From assembly GCA_018815925.1 (NCBI GenBank), contig JAHIWS010000006.1, positions 14,286 through 78,285 of the forward strand: a stretch of 64,000 nucleotides of DNA, written 5' to 3'. Of the stretch, positions 55,555 to 64,000 are shown piece after piece (position 1 is the first letter of the stretch; each line of letters opens with the position of its first letter). A program made the position numbers and the translations under genes. Source of the DNA: Nanobdellota archaeon (GTDB lineage Archaea > Nanobdellota > Nanobdellia > Pacearchaeales > GW2011-AR1). Under the pieces are notes generated by a model that saw nothing but the letters and a program-made list of their open reading frames with translations, was not told where the DNA came from and did no database searches.

Positions 55555-56016
55555 ATGGTTAAAACTTCAGACGGACGAGAGCATGTTATAGGTGCAGAAT
55601 TATTAAGCGCAAGTGGAAGTGCAGGATATAATGGTCTTAAAAAAGTAGTATATGGTGGAGGAGTTGCTGTTGTTTTAGGATATACTATACTAACAGGAGT
55701 TCATGCTACTAAAGGAATAATGGAGGCTATTATTGTTGCAGGCAAAGAAGCCTTACCTAATACATTAGAGGAAACAGGAATGCTTTTAATTCTAGGAACT
55801 TTAGGTTATTTGTTTGGAGATAAAACTTTTCCTTATATTAATGGTGTTTGTCAAAAAGGAAAAGCATATCATTCAGCTGGTGTTGATGCTGCTGCTACAA
55901 TAACTGAAGAAAAACAACATAGTAAAAATTTAGAAAGAGAAATTAGAAAAGTTGAAAATGAAGTGAAGGCTCAAAACAAAATAAATAAATTAAGATCTTC
56001 TACAGGATCAGCTTAA
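55555..56016 (+). CDS. hypothetical membrane protein (153 aa)
   Basis: Two or three hydrophobic helices and a C-terminal coiled coil. Confidence 0.4.
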   Translation: MVKTSDGREHVIGAELLSASGSAGYNGLKKVVYGGGVAVVLGYTILTGVHATKGIMEAIIVAGKEALPNTLEETGMLLILGTLGYLFGDKTFPYINGVCQKGKAYHSAGVDAAATITEEKQHSKNLEREIRKVENEVKAQNKINKLRSSTGSA

Positions 56017-56141
56017 TTCTTTATTTACCCAAAGAAAACACACAACTTATCAAATTTATCCTTCTTTTAAGTATTATTGTGTTTTAGAAACTAGTTCTTA
56101 TTCTAGATAAACTTTATAAGTAATAAATATATAACAAAATT

Positions 56142-56705
56142 ATGGGGGAAATACTTGTTTCAGATATTATGACAAGAGACCCTATTACTGTCAAACCAGA
56201 AACAAATCTCTTAGAATGTGCAAAACAAATAGTGAGAAAAAGAGTAGGAAGTATACTTATCACTCAAAAAAAGAAACTTGTTGGGATTATTTCTGAAAAA
56301 GATATTTTATGGGCTTTAATAAAAAAATCCAAAGAGGATCTATCAAAAATAAAAGCAATAGAGATTTCACCTAAAAAAATAGCAACAATACAACCTTTTT
56401 CTACTATAAAAGATACTATTAAAAAAATGAATAAATTCAAGTTTGACAAACTTCCAGTTATTCAGAAAAAAGAACTTGTTGGGGTCGTCACAGTAAGAGA
56501 TATACTTAATTTTCATCCAGAATTATATAAAGAAATTGATGAATTTGCTCAAATTAGAGAAGAAACAAAAAAATTCAAAAGAATAAAAAAAGCAAAAGAA
56601 AGAAAATCAATGCATGAAGGAATCTGTGAAGAATGTGGTAATCAAGACTTTTTAAGAAAAGTAGATGGAAGAGTAATTTGTGAATCGTGCAGAGATGCAA
56701 TGTGA
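56142..56705 (+). CDS. CBS-domain pair protein with C-terminal zinc ribbon
   Basis: VSDIMTRDPITV...VGSILI...LVGIISEKDIL and a second CBS repeat, LPVIQKKELVGVVTVRDIL. C-terminal CEECG...CESC. TATA TTTATAAG at 56113-56120, 21 nt before the ATG. Confidence 0.8.
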   Translation: MGEILVSDIMTRDPITVKPETNLLECAKQIVRKRVGSILITQKKKLVGIISEKDILWALIKKSKEDLSKIKAIEISPKKIATIQPFSTIKDTIKKMNKFKFDKLPVIQKKELVGVVTVRDILNFHPELYKEIDEFAQIREETKKFKRIKKAKERKSMHEGICEECGNQDFLRKVDGRVICESCRDAM

Positions 56706-56842
56706 TGTTTCTTTTAGAAGGTATTAAGTGAAAGACTTGACAGGGTCAGTCTTGAGTAACAAAGCTAATATAGGTCCAATAATAAAATCCCCTCAAAGAA
56801 AACTATTTAAACAAAGTTTCATATTTATTATTAAAAGTAAAA

Positions 56843-57346
56843 ATGGCTGAAAAAGAAACTATATTCTCAAGTAAGATGAAATACAAAGGTATTTTTTCTT
56901 TTCAAAATTTCTATAAGTTCTGCTATAATTGGGTAATAGATGAGCTTGATCTTGATATAAATGAAGATAAATATAAAGAGACTATAACAGGTGATTCTAA
57001 AGAAATAGAGGTAAAATGGACAGGAAAAAAAGATGTAACTGATTTTTTTCAAGTAAAAATAGAATTTGCTTTTATAGCTCGTGCTTTAACACAAATAGAA
57101 ATAATGCAGGATAATACAAAGGTAAAAACAAATAAAGGAATAATAGAAGTAAAAATAAAAGGAATTCTTGTAAGTGATTATAAAGGAAAATTTGAATTAA
57201 GTGCATTTAAAAAGTTTTTAAGAGGAATTTATGAAAAATGGGTTATAAGTTCTAGAATAGACCAATTGAAAACCAAATTAGCAAATGACTGTGATGATTT
57301 CTTATCTCAGGCAAAAGCCTACCTAGATTTAGAAGGAAAAAGATAA
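56843..57346 (+). CDS. hypothetical protein (167 aa)
   Basis: ORF only. Confidence 0.4.
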   Translation: MAEKETIFSSKMKYKGIFSFQNFYKFCYNWVIDELDLDINEDKYKETITGDSKEIEVKWTGKKDVTDFFQVKIEFAFIARALTQIEIMQDNTKVKTNKGIIEVKIKGILVSDYKGKFELSAFKKFLRGIYEKWVISSRIDQLKTKLANDCDDFLSQAKAYLDLEGKR

Positions 57347-57391
57347 AATTTTATAGAAATCTTTAAATAGAAATCACCTTTAGTTTTTACT

Positions 57392-58774
57392 ATGAAAAAA
57401 CCCTTTATTTTTCCAGTAATTATCTTATTAATTCCTTGTATTTTAGCAATAAATATTGATATTGAAAAAAAAAGCTCAAATGAAGTAATGATTTTTGGAA
57501 TCAAAAAACCAGTAACATTTGATTTAGAATTAACAAATAATGGGGCAACAGATTATTTTGAATTTTACAATCTTCTTGGATTTGAAATGTATCCTGTTGG
57601 AACTATTTTAATTAATGCGGGTGAAACAAAAGAATTTCAGCTTAAAGTTTCCCCAATAGGTGAATTTGATCATAGGGGTTACTACACTTTTGAATATTTT
57701 ATTATGGGGCAAGATGATACAAAAATAAAAGGAGTTCTAACTTTTAAAATAGTGGATTTAAAAGATGCTTTTGAAATAGGCTCTGGAGAAGTAGATCCAA
57801 GTTCTAACTCTGTTGAAATTTATATACAAAATAAAGTCAATTTTAATTTTGGAGAAATAAGTGCAAGATTCTCTTCTGCATTTTTTAATTTTGAAGAAAC
57901 ATTTGAATTAGGGCAAAATAAAAGAAAAAGTTTTGATATACAATTAAACAAAGAAGATTTTAAAAAACTTTTAGCAGGATTTTATACTTTAACTGCAGAA
58001 ATAAAAGCTCAAGATCAGAAAGCAGATATTGAAGGAATCATAAAATTTATTGAAGAAAATATTGTCACCTCAACAAAAAAAGATTATGGATTGATTATAA
58101 GTACAAAAATAATTGAAAAAACAAATGAAGGAAATGTTGTCTCTCCATCAGAAACAACAATAAAAAAGAATATCATTTCTAGGTTGTTTACTAGTTTTAG
58201 TCCTGAACCAGATATTGTTGAAAGAGAAGCTTTGGTTATTTATTATACTTGGAATAATGAAATAAAACCTGGAGAAACATTGGAGATTAATGTAAAAACT
58301 AATTGGCTTTTACCATTATTAATAATATTATTTATTGTAATTATTGTTTTGTTGGCAAAACAATATTCAAAAACAAATCTTGTGATTAAAAAAAGAGTTT
58401 CATTTGTTAAAGCAAAAGGCGGAGAATTTGCATTAAAAGTTTCAATTTTTCTAAATGCAAAAAAATATTTGGAAAGAGTAAATATTATTGATAGACTTCC
58501 TCCTTTGGTTAAAATTTATGAAAGATTTGGAGCAGAAAAACCTTCAAAAATAGATGAAAAAAGTAAAAAACTAGAATGGACTTTTGAAAAACTAGAAGCA
58601 GGAGAAATTAGGGTTTTATCTTATATTATTTATTCTAAGGTTGGGGTTCTTGGGAAATTCGCATTACCTACAGCAACAGCAATTTATGAAAAAGAAGGAA
58701 AAGTTCGTGAAACTATTTCTAATAGAACTTTTTTTGTAGCAGAACAAAGAACAAAAGATATAGAAGAAGAATAA
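57392..58774 (+). CDS. secreted/membrane-anchored beta-sandwich (DUF11/CARDB-like) protein
   Basis: Signal peptide, repeated beta-rich segments, one TM near residue 300, C-terminal IDRLPPLVK...LEWTFEKLEAGEIRVLSY pattern. Confidence 0.45.
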   Translation: MKKPFIFPVIILLIPCILAINIDIEKKSSNEVMIFGIKKPVTFDLELTNNGATDYFEFYNLLGFEMYPVGTILINAGETKEFQLKVSPIGEFDHRGYYTFEYFIMGQDDTKIKGVLTFKIVDLKDAFEIGSGEVDPSSNSVEIYIQNKVNFNFGEISARFSSAFFNFEETFELGQNKRKSFDIQLNKEDFKKLLAGFYTLTAEIKAQDQKADIEGIIKFIEENIVTSTKKDYGLIISTKIIEKTNEGNVVSPSETTIKKNIISRLFTSFSPEPDIVEREALVIYYTWNNEIKPGETLEINVKTNWLLPLLIILFIVIIVLLAKQYSKTNLVIKKRVSFVKAKGGEFALKVSIFLNAKKYLERVNIIDRLPPLVKIYERFGAEKPSKIDEKSKKLEWTFEKLEAGEIRVLSYIIYSKVGVLGKFALPTATAIYEKEGKVRETISNRTFFVAEQRTKDIEEE

Positions 58775-59000
58775 AATCTTCCCACGTTTTAGTGATAAAC
58801 ACAAAAAGAGAAAGAATAATTAATTATAAATTATTCCAAATCTAGATTTACCAAATCCTAATTCTATTTTTAAATCTTTTTCAGTCATTTTAAGTATCTT
58901 AGAAATATCTATTGATTCACCTCTATCCCCTAATAGATTGAGCTACTCTAACCCTATCACTATTAATTCCAGAAATATTTTTATAATGATTATAATTCGC

Positions 59001-59299
59001 TTATCCATTAGCTACTTTATATAGAGCGTCTTTTAGTTCTCTCCTATTTGTAATTGATCTATGAATTCTAATTTGTGGTTTTGTTCTATAATGTTTTGGA
59101 CCTTTTCTAGCCTCTTCATCAACAAAATTTCCTGTTTTGTTAGGCCAATGAGATTTAGGTATCTGATAATAAGATTCATTATATCCATATTTTTGTTTTC
59201 TTCTTTTTGCTACTCTTGCTTTTTTTCTAGTCTGTCTTTGTATAAATTATCTCCATGATTTTCTATTTCTTCTTCAGGCAAAATATTAGTTTTAAACAT
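59001..59299 (-). pseudogene. about 99-codon ORF split by a 1-nt frame shift in an A7 homopolymer (59220-59226)
   Basis: Own translation: MFKTNILPEEEIENHGDNLYKDRLEKK stops 3 codons after GAAAAAAAG. The adjacent frame continues ARVAKRRKQKYGYNESYYQIPKSHWPNKTGNFVDEEARKGPKHYRTKPQIRIHRSITNRRELKDALYKVANG with no start codon of its own. Confidence 0.4.
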
Positions 59300-59472
59300 A
59301 AAAATATATCTTTATTTTTGTTTATAAATTTTATTATGTTTAGATAATTTAAGGAACAAAAACCCTTAAAAACTAATTAATTCTCTTTATTTTATTCATA
59401 ATCTCTTTATGTTTCGAAAAACAATAAATCCATTTAGGAATGTAATGAGATAAATTTCGTAAGAAATTTCAT

Positions 59473-59636
59473 CCCTTCGTAGCTTAGTGGTTAAAGCGCC
59501 TGGCTGTAGAATAGGGTGGATATTCCGCTATCATATTTGTGGAAATTAAATGAAACCTGATTAGTCAGCTCCTGTTGACTGCCTATTAAAATATGCAGTG
59601 CCCGGGAGATCCCCAGTTCGAATCTGGGCGAAGGGA
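59473..59636 (+). tRNA. tRNA-Tyr (anticodon GUA) with about 91-nt intron (59510-59600)
   Basis: Acceptor CCCTTCG/CGAAGGG (the archaeal C1-G72 identity pair), D arm GCTT-AGTGGTTA-AAGC, anticodon stem CCTGG/CCGGG with loop CTGTAG|intron, T arm CCCAG-TTCGAAT-CTGGG, discriminator A. Confidence 0.8.
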
Positions 59637-59762
59637 TATTTTTTATTTTAGAAAATGAGAATTTTATACCCCAGATTCTAATCTAGGTTAAATTAAATAA
59701 TATTTTTATTTCTAGTTTGCATTTCACATAAATATTTAAAAACCGTTACTCTATAAAAAATC

Positions 59763-60038
59763 ATGACAAATGACCAAGATAAATGGTATTCTTCTAATTT
59801 GGGACATGGAATAGGAATAGGAATAGGTGCTTTTGGAATTTTTGTGGGTATTGGATCATGTTCTTACTTGCTTGATATTGGAGCAGCGAAACGTGAAGAA
59901 GAAAAAGCAAAACACCCAGTAATACAACAACAAGATCTTAATTATAATCAATTATCAGAAACATTTGTTGAAATAAATAAAGTTAGATATTTTTCAACAA
60001 TAGATGGAAAACTTTTACAAGACAATCTAAAAAAATAA
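59763..60038 (+). CDS. hypothetical small membrane protein (91 aa)
   Basis: Gly-rich TM segment GHGIGIGIGAFGIFVGIGS. Confidence 0.3.
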   Translation: MTNDQDKWYSSNLGHGIGIGIGAFGIFVGIGSCSYLLDIGAAKREEEKAKHPVIQQQDLNYNQLSETFVEINKVRYFSTIDGKLLQDNLKK

Positions 60039-60246
60039 GTCAATTTTATAATCTCTTCGATAATAGAAGAATTTAAAAACCCAAAATATCTTAAGAGAGA
60101 ATAAAAGGGGGATGAGGGCCAAAGGCTTTTAGAAACCAAAAAATGGAGGAAGAACACAACTTTCCTGATAACGAAGAATTCTTTGATGAGATAATTGACG
60201 ATCTTGAACTTGACGATTAATTCTTTTTATCTTCTTTTTTTTTAAT

Positions 60247-61161
60247 TTATTTTTTTGTTTTTAAGACAGCAACATTATTGGATTTATCTAACTCATCAAA
60301 ATTAGAATCTATAACAAATTTAATTTCATCAATACTTAATTGTGTAATCCAAATATTAGCCAAACTTATTATTTTTCCGCTTCCAATTTCTAATGATTCA
60401 ATAGGAATTTCCTTTATTATTTTTCCATCAGCATAAATTACAATCTTTACACTTTCAGTTTTTTTAAGACCATTATTTCTTATGCTTATTTCAGCATCAA
60501 GATATTTTCCCTTCATAACAGCAGATATGTTTTCAAAAGAAAGATCAGGTAAAGTTTCAAAGGAATATAAATAATTTACCCAATAAGGAATATCTTCTCC
60601 TATTGATTGACCACACTTTGTAACAGGATACATAATATTATTTTTATTAGAAGAATGATCAAAACCTAAGGCATGTAACAATTCATGTATTGCAACATTA
60701 GGAATATCACATCTAAAATCTTGTATTAATAAAATTCTTGCATTAAAAATAACATTAAAATTATCTGTCTGGGTTATGTTTACTGGACCTCCTTCACCTG
60801 CAATAAACAAATCATTTTCTATTTTATTTTTTTCATCACAAAAAATAGAGAGCCCTTCATTAAAATTTACAGAATAAAATTTCAAAACAGTTAGATTAGA
60901 TATAATCTCGAATGCTCTTTCCATATCTTGTTTTTTCTGTAATGTGCACTCATCATATATTTTATAAGAAATTTCTGAATCAGGATATCTCAAATTAGAA
61001 TAAAATTGCATATTATTTAGAGAAGTTGAATTTAAATTAAAATTTGGATTGGAAATAGAAGTTCCAAATTCAACTGTATCAAACGGAATAAACCAATATA
61101 AAATAAGCAAAGCAATTACTAACAAAAAAAACAAAAAACTAAGAAATGCTTTCCAACCCAT
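60247..61161 (-). CDS. membrane-anchored metzincin (matrixin-like) zinc protease with C-terminal CARDB-like domain
   Basis: N-terminal TM. HELLHALGFDHS (HExxHxxGxxH) followed by NIMYP (Met-turn). C-terminal beta domain ISIRNNGLKKTESVKIVIYADG. Confidence 0.75.
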   Translation of the reverse strand: MGWKAFLSFLFFLLVIALLILYWFIPFDTVEFGTSISNPNFNLNSTSLNNMQFYSNLRYPDSEISYKIYDECTLQKKQDMERAFEIISNLTVLKFYSVNFNEGLSIFCDEKNKIENDLFIAGEGGPVNITQTDNFNVIFNARILLIQDFRCDIPNVAIHELLHALGFDHSSNKNNIMYPVTKCGQSIGEDIPYWVNYLYSFETLPDLSFENISAVMKGKYLDAEISIRNNGLKKTESVKIVIYADGKIIKEIPIESLEIGSGKIISLANIWITQLSIDEIKFVIDSNFDELDKSNNVAVLKTKK

Positions 61162-61249
61162 ATTATTATTTTAATAATAGATTATATAAAACTGTTGAAA
61201 AAGAAAAAACACCCCTCTATTCAGCAGGTGTTTCTGATTCTGAAAAACT

Positions 61250-61438
61250 TTAGTCTTCTAAATCTTCTGGAGCTTCTTCTGGCTCTTCAGAACTTTCTTC
61301 TTCTGGAGCTTCTTCTGGCTCTTCAGAACTTTCTTCTTCTGGAGCTTCTTCTGGCTCTTCAGAACTTTCTTCTTCTGGAGCTTCTTCTGGCTCTTCAGAA
61401 CTTTCTTCTTCAGTTCCTTTAATTTGTTCTTCATCCAT
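61250..61438 (-). CDS. hypothetical highly acidic repeat protein (62 aa)
   Basis: MDEEQIKGT followed by four copies of EEESSEEPEEAP. The coding strand is uncertain. Confidence 0.35.
   Translation of the reverse strand: MDEEQIKGTEEESSEEPEEAPEEESSEEPEEAPEEESSEEPEEAPEEESSEEPEEAPEDLED
61262..61409. repeat. perfect tandem repeat, 36-nt unit, about 4 copies
   Basis: The CTGG landmark recurs at 61267, 61303, 61339 and 61375 (period 36). The units are identical by eye. Confidence 0.85.
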
Positions 61439-61643
61439 TTTTAAATCTCCTCAAATTTAAGTAATATCAAAAAGCAAAATTCTTTTTTAAAGGTTTTGTA
61501 AAATTATTTTACTACTCAAACATAATTCACAAAGTTTTTATATAGCAAATATATAATATAAAAAATATTTTTTTCTTATAAAACACACTTATTATAAATT
61601 GTTAAAAGTAACATTTAAATTCTCCTAACCCCTAATTTTTATT

Positions 61644-62549
61644 ATGGAAAAGAGGATTTTAATAATATTAATAGTTATTTGGTTTATGGGTGTTGTTTCA
61701 GCAGCATATGGTTGTACTGAAGGAGAAGTTACATCTGAAAAAGATTTTATTAATTTGGGTGAAATAGAACCTATTAGCAAACTAAAAATAGTACTAATTT
61801 CAGGTACAGACACTGCAGCAGACATAATAGTAGATGCTAAAAAACTCACACTCACAAATTTAGCTCCTTCAAAAGAAATAGAAATACTAAAAGGAGAATA
61901 TAATGTTAGTATAATTAATTCAACAGAAGAATTTGCATGGATAAAAGTTGGAGGGGGTAAAGAAGAGATTAATTTAAAAGAAGTTAAAAAAACAGGGGGT
62001 TTAGAAATATATATTTCAAGCCTAGACGGCTCATATCCTGGAACTGCAAATATTGATTTGTTTGTGGGAGCAGAATACTTTTTTCTTTATAGAAATGAAA
62101 TGTCTAAAAAAGCAACAATAGGGGGTATAGAATACGCTGTTGAACTAATCTCCCCGTTTAGCTCAGGGGCCATGATAGAAGTATCTTATTGTGAAAATGG
62201 AACATTAGTAAAAGTAAATGATTCTATTGAAGTAAACACAAACAATTCTGATTCAACTAATACCTCTATACAAAATGATAGTTCTGAAAACACACCTCAA
62301 AATACCTCTTCAAATGATTCTCTTAACACTAATGAGGGAAATGATTCAATTATAGAAAATATGACTGGGGATGATTTAGAAGACAAAACACTAAATACCT
62401 CAACAAAAAATATATCAATCGTCATTTCAGCTATTACTATTTTAGTAATAATTGTAATTCTTATTTTCTTTTACAGAAGAACCAAAGCATATGATAAAGG
62501 GATTAAGAGTCAAAACCCAACAGAAAGCGTAGATAAAAGTGAATTTTAA
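61644..62549 (+). CDS. secreted, C-terminally membrane-anchored protein with N/S/T-rich stalk
   Basis: Signal peptide MEKRILIILIVIWFMGVVSAA, low-complexity NNSDSTNTSIQNDSSENT linker, TM ISIVISAITILVIIVILIFF. Confidence 0.45.
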   Translation: MEKRILIILIVIWFMGVVSAAYGCTEGEVTSEKDFINLGEIEPISKLKIVLISGTDTAADIIVDAKKLTLTNLAPSKEIEILKGEYNVSIINSTEEFAWIKVGGGKEEINLKEVKKTGGLEIYISSLDGSYPGTANIDLFVGAEYFFLYRNEMSKKATIGGIEYAVELISPFSSGAMIEVSYCENGTLVKVNDSIEVNTNNSDSTNTSIQNDSSENTPQNTSSNDSLNTNEGNDSIIENMTGDDLEDKTLNTSTKNISIVISAITILVIIVILIFFYRRTKAYDKGIKSQNPTESVDKSEF

Positions 62550-62610
62550 TAATTAACATAATTAAGCCAAACTTAGCAAACAATTTAAACTAAAATTTCT
62601 AATTCTTAGT

Positions 62611-63147
62611 ATGGATGTAATATCACATGGATTATGGGCTATACTTCTTGTAAAAGGAATTTTTAATAAAGGAAAGCTCTGGTTAGCTTTTTTAGTAGGG
62701 ATATTACCAGATGTGATTCCTTTTGGAATACCTTTTGTTCAAATAATTTTTTCAGGATCAACACTAGGAAAAGAACAGGTAATTAATGCACCCTCATATG
62801 TTCATATTTTATATGGGCTAACTCACAGCTTGCTTATTGTAACAATTGTGTTTTTGTTAATCTATTTAATAAAAAAGAAAATTTATATTTGGGTTTTGGC
62901 TTGGCCTCTACATATATTAATAGATATTCCTACACATTCAAATGAATTTTTTCCAACACCTTTTCTTTATCCAATAAGTAACTTTACTGTAAATGGAATC
63001 CTTTGGACAAATCCTTATATCTTTTTTCCAAATTGGGTTTTACTAATAATACTTTTTATAATTGTATTTTGGAAAAATATTAAGGAATTTGTGAATAGAA
63101 TAATTAAAGATAAAAAACTAAGATTCTTACCAAAAAAACCTGTTTGA
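62611..63147 (+). CDS. membrane-bound metal-dependent hydrolase (YdjM/DUF457-like)
   Basis: MDVISHGLWA start, multiple TM helices, His residues in LTHSL and IPTHS. Confidence 0.55.
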   Translation: MDVISHGLWAILLVKGIFNKGKLWLAFLVGILPDVIPFGIPFVQIIFSGSTLGKEQVINAPSYVHILYGLTHSLLIVTIVFLLIYLIKKKIYIWVLAWPLHILIDIPTHSNEFFPTPFLYPISNFTVNGILWTNPYIFFPNWVLLIILFIIVFWKNIKEFVNRIIKDKKLRFLPKKPV

Positions 63148-63159
63148 TTATCAAATAAA

Positions 63160-63405
63160 TTAATCAAACCAACTTAATTTACTATTTCTTGGTAAATTTT
63201 TTATAGCATATTCACATTTACAAGCTTCAGATTTATCCTTACACTGCTTAGCTCGAAGCAGTCTCTTAAATCCATTCTTATCAACATATTTGCTTCCTTT
63301 ACCTGTAGCATGAGCCTTCATTCTGACATCAATATCATTAGTCACACCAGCATAATATGAACCATTTTGGCATTCAAGGAGATATACATACCATTTTTTT
63401 TCCAT
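63160..63405 (-). CDS. GIY-YIG domain nuclease-superfamily protein (UPF0213-like)
   Basis: WYVYLLECQNGSYYAGVTNDIDVRMKAHATGKGSKY is the GIY-YIG core. Start taken at the internal Met (MEKKWYVY). Confidence 0.75.
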   Translation of the reverse strand: MEKKWYVYLLECQNGSYYAGVTNDIDVRMKAHATGKGSKYVDKNGFKRLLRAKQCKDKSEACKCEYAIKNLPRNSKLSWFD

Positions 63406-63735
63406 TTTATTTTCCTTTATTATAATATAATTTTTTATCATTTATAGATATTAACTAATAATTTTTATATACATCCCAAAACAAGAGATAGTTAAAGTTG
63501 CATATTTGAATAATATAAGGATATATAAAGGGTAAGTGATGGTCTTTTTAATGGTTAAAAATCAATTAGAAAAAAAACAATCAAAAAAAACTTGTTTTGG
63601 AACAAAAGAATGGTCCAAAAATTCAGGGATTTGTAATGGATGCAAGTGGAAAGTTGATTGTGGTAAGATTAAAGCAAAAAAAGGATAATATTATTTATGT
63701 TCATGTGTAGATAATTTATTTTAACTTTATAAAAT

Positions 63736-64000
63736 TTATTGTCGTACTAAATAGCTGGTAAGTAATTTTCTCTCTTTATCATCAACTGGATTGTTTCTAT
63801 CTACAAGGTAAACCTCTGCTTTAAGTCTATTTGATCTTTTTGGATCAAACAAACCTTCGAAAAGAAATGGTCTCTTATTTTGAGTTAATTTAGTTTCATT
63901 AACAGGTCTCAAAGTTCCTATTTTAACTAATCTTAAAATTTCTTTTTCAGTTAATATATTTTTTAAATCCAAACCCTGAATATATTTTCCTCTGACTTTT
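63736..64000 (-). CDS. C-terminal part of an unidentified protein; ORF is open to the window edge
   Basis: The reading frame upstream of the track's TTG start (63972) stays open to position 64000 (...KVRGKYIQGLDLKNILTEKE...), so the gene probably begins outside the window. Confidence 0.35.
   Translation of the reverse strand, partial: KVRGKYIQGLDLKNILTEKEILRLVKIGTLRPVNETKLTQNKRPFLFEGLFDPKRSNRLKAEVYLVDRNNPVDDKERKLLTSYLVRQ

Noticed and set aside
56754-56761. Fourth occurrence of GAGTAACA as part of the shared promoter motif
   Set aside because: It lies 42 nt upstream of the nearest TATA-like box rather than 2-8 nt, and lacks the extended AAGGAGTAACAATA match. It is compatible with chance.
61262-61409. 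Possible CRISPR array because of regular 36-nt repeats
   Set aside because: The repeats are directly adjacent with no spacers and sit in an open reading frame. No cas genes are in the window.
61195-61422. Leucine-rich repeat ORF on the plus strand over the 36-nt tandem repeat
   Set aside because: It is the mirror frame of the acidic minus-strand ORF. The minus strand has an ATG start and a plausible non-repeat N-terminus, so I preferred it, but the strand choice remains uncertain.

Overview
AT-rich (roughly 30% GC by eye), very gene-dense archaeal chromosome segment. It is archaeal because it carries the Rpo5/Rpo2/Rpo1 RNA polymerase genes, archaeal NusA, Rpo7, Spt4, a thermosome, the archaea/eukaryote-specific ribosomal proteins eL33, eS24 and eS31, tRNA-Tyr with a C1-G72 pair, and intron-containing tRNAs. 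The compact genes and the mix of bacterial-type genes (NrdR, an ECF sigma-like protein, FabH-like KAS III) suggest a small-genome DPANN-like archaeon; that assignment is inference only.

Main blocks:
- 1-1.5 kb: uS12 and uS7, with two small ORFs between them.
- 3.4-7.0 kb: an Fe-S cluster operon (ArsR, cysteine desulfurase, IscU) with two methyltransferases inside it.
- 9.8-12.6 kb: an XPD/DinG-like helicase and a P-loop ATPase.
- 13.1-19.0 kb: a dNTP-synthesis cluster, nrdR-nrdJ-dut-thyX-like-trx, preceded by a perfect 20-bp NrdR-box palindrome.
- 19.6-28.1 kb: the RNA polymerase operon, rpoH, unsplit rpoB, two small ORFs, unsplit (fused A'/A'') rpoA, nusA, and then, co-directional and 7 nt downstream, a clear ECF-type sigma-70 family protein. 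The sigma-like gene is the most unexpected item in the window.
- 30.2-31.6 kb: eL33 and uL16 with two wedged small ORFs, flanked by two paralogous nucleotidyltransferase proteins.
- 33.5-38 kb: an uncharacterised operon.
- 38.3-40.1 kb: an ABC exporter broken by one in-frame TAA.
- 40.2-43.6 kb: a GluRS lacking its anticodon-binding domain, then tRNA-His, an LMW phosphatase and HisRS.
- 47.3-49.8 kb: the PIN-Rpo7-Spt4-eS24-eS31 cluster.
- 52.3-54.0 kb: thermosome.
- 54-63 kb: assorted membrane, secreted and protease genes.

Six tRNA genes were found by hand-folding: Trp, Lys, His, Val, Gly and Tyr. Three have introns (46, 100 and 91 nt).

Two 57-bp inverted-repeat elements with 9-bp flanking direct repeats look like MITEs. 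No rRNA genes and no CRISPR array were seen.

All functional calls come from motif recognition by eye. No database search was possible.
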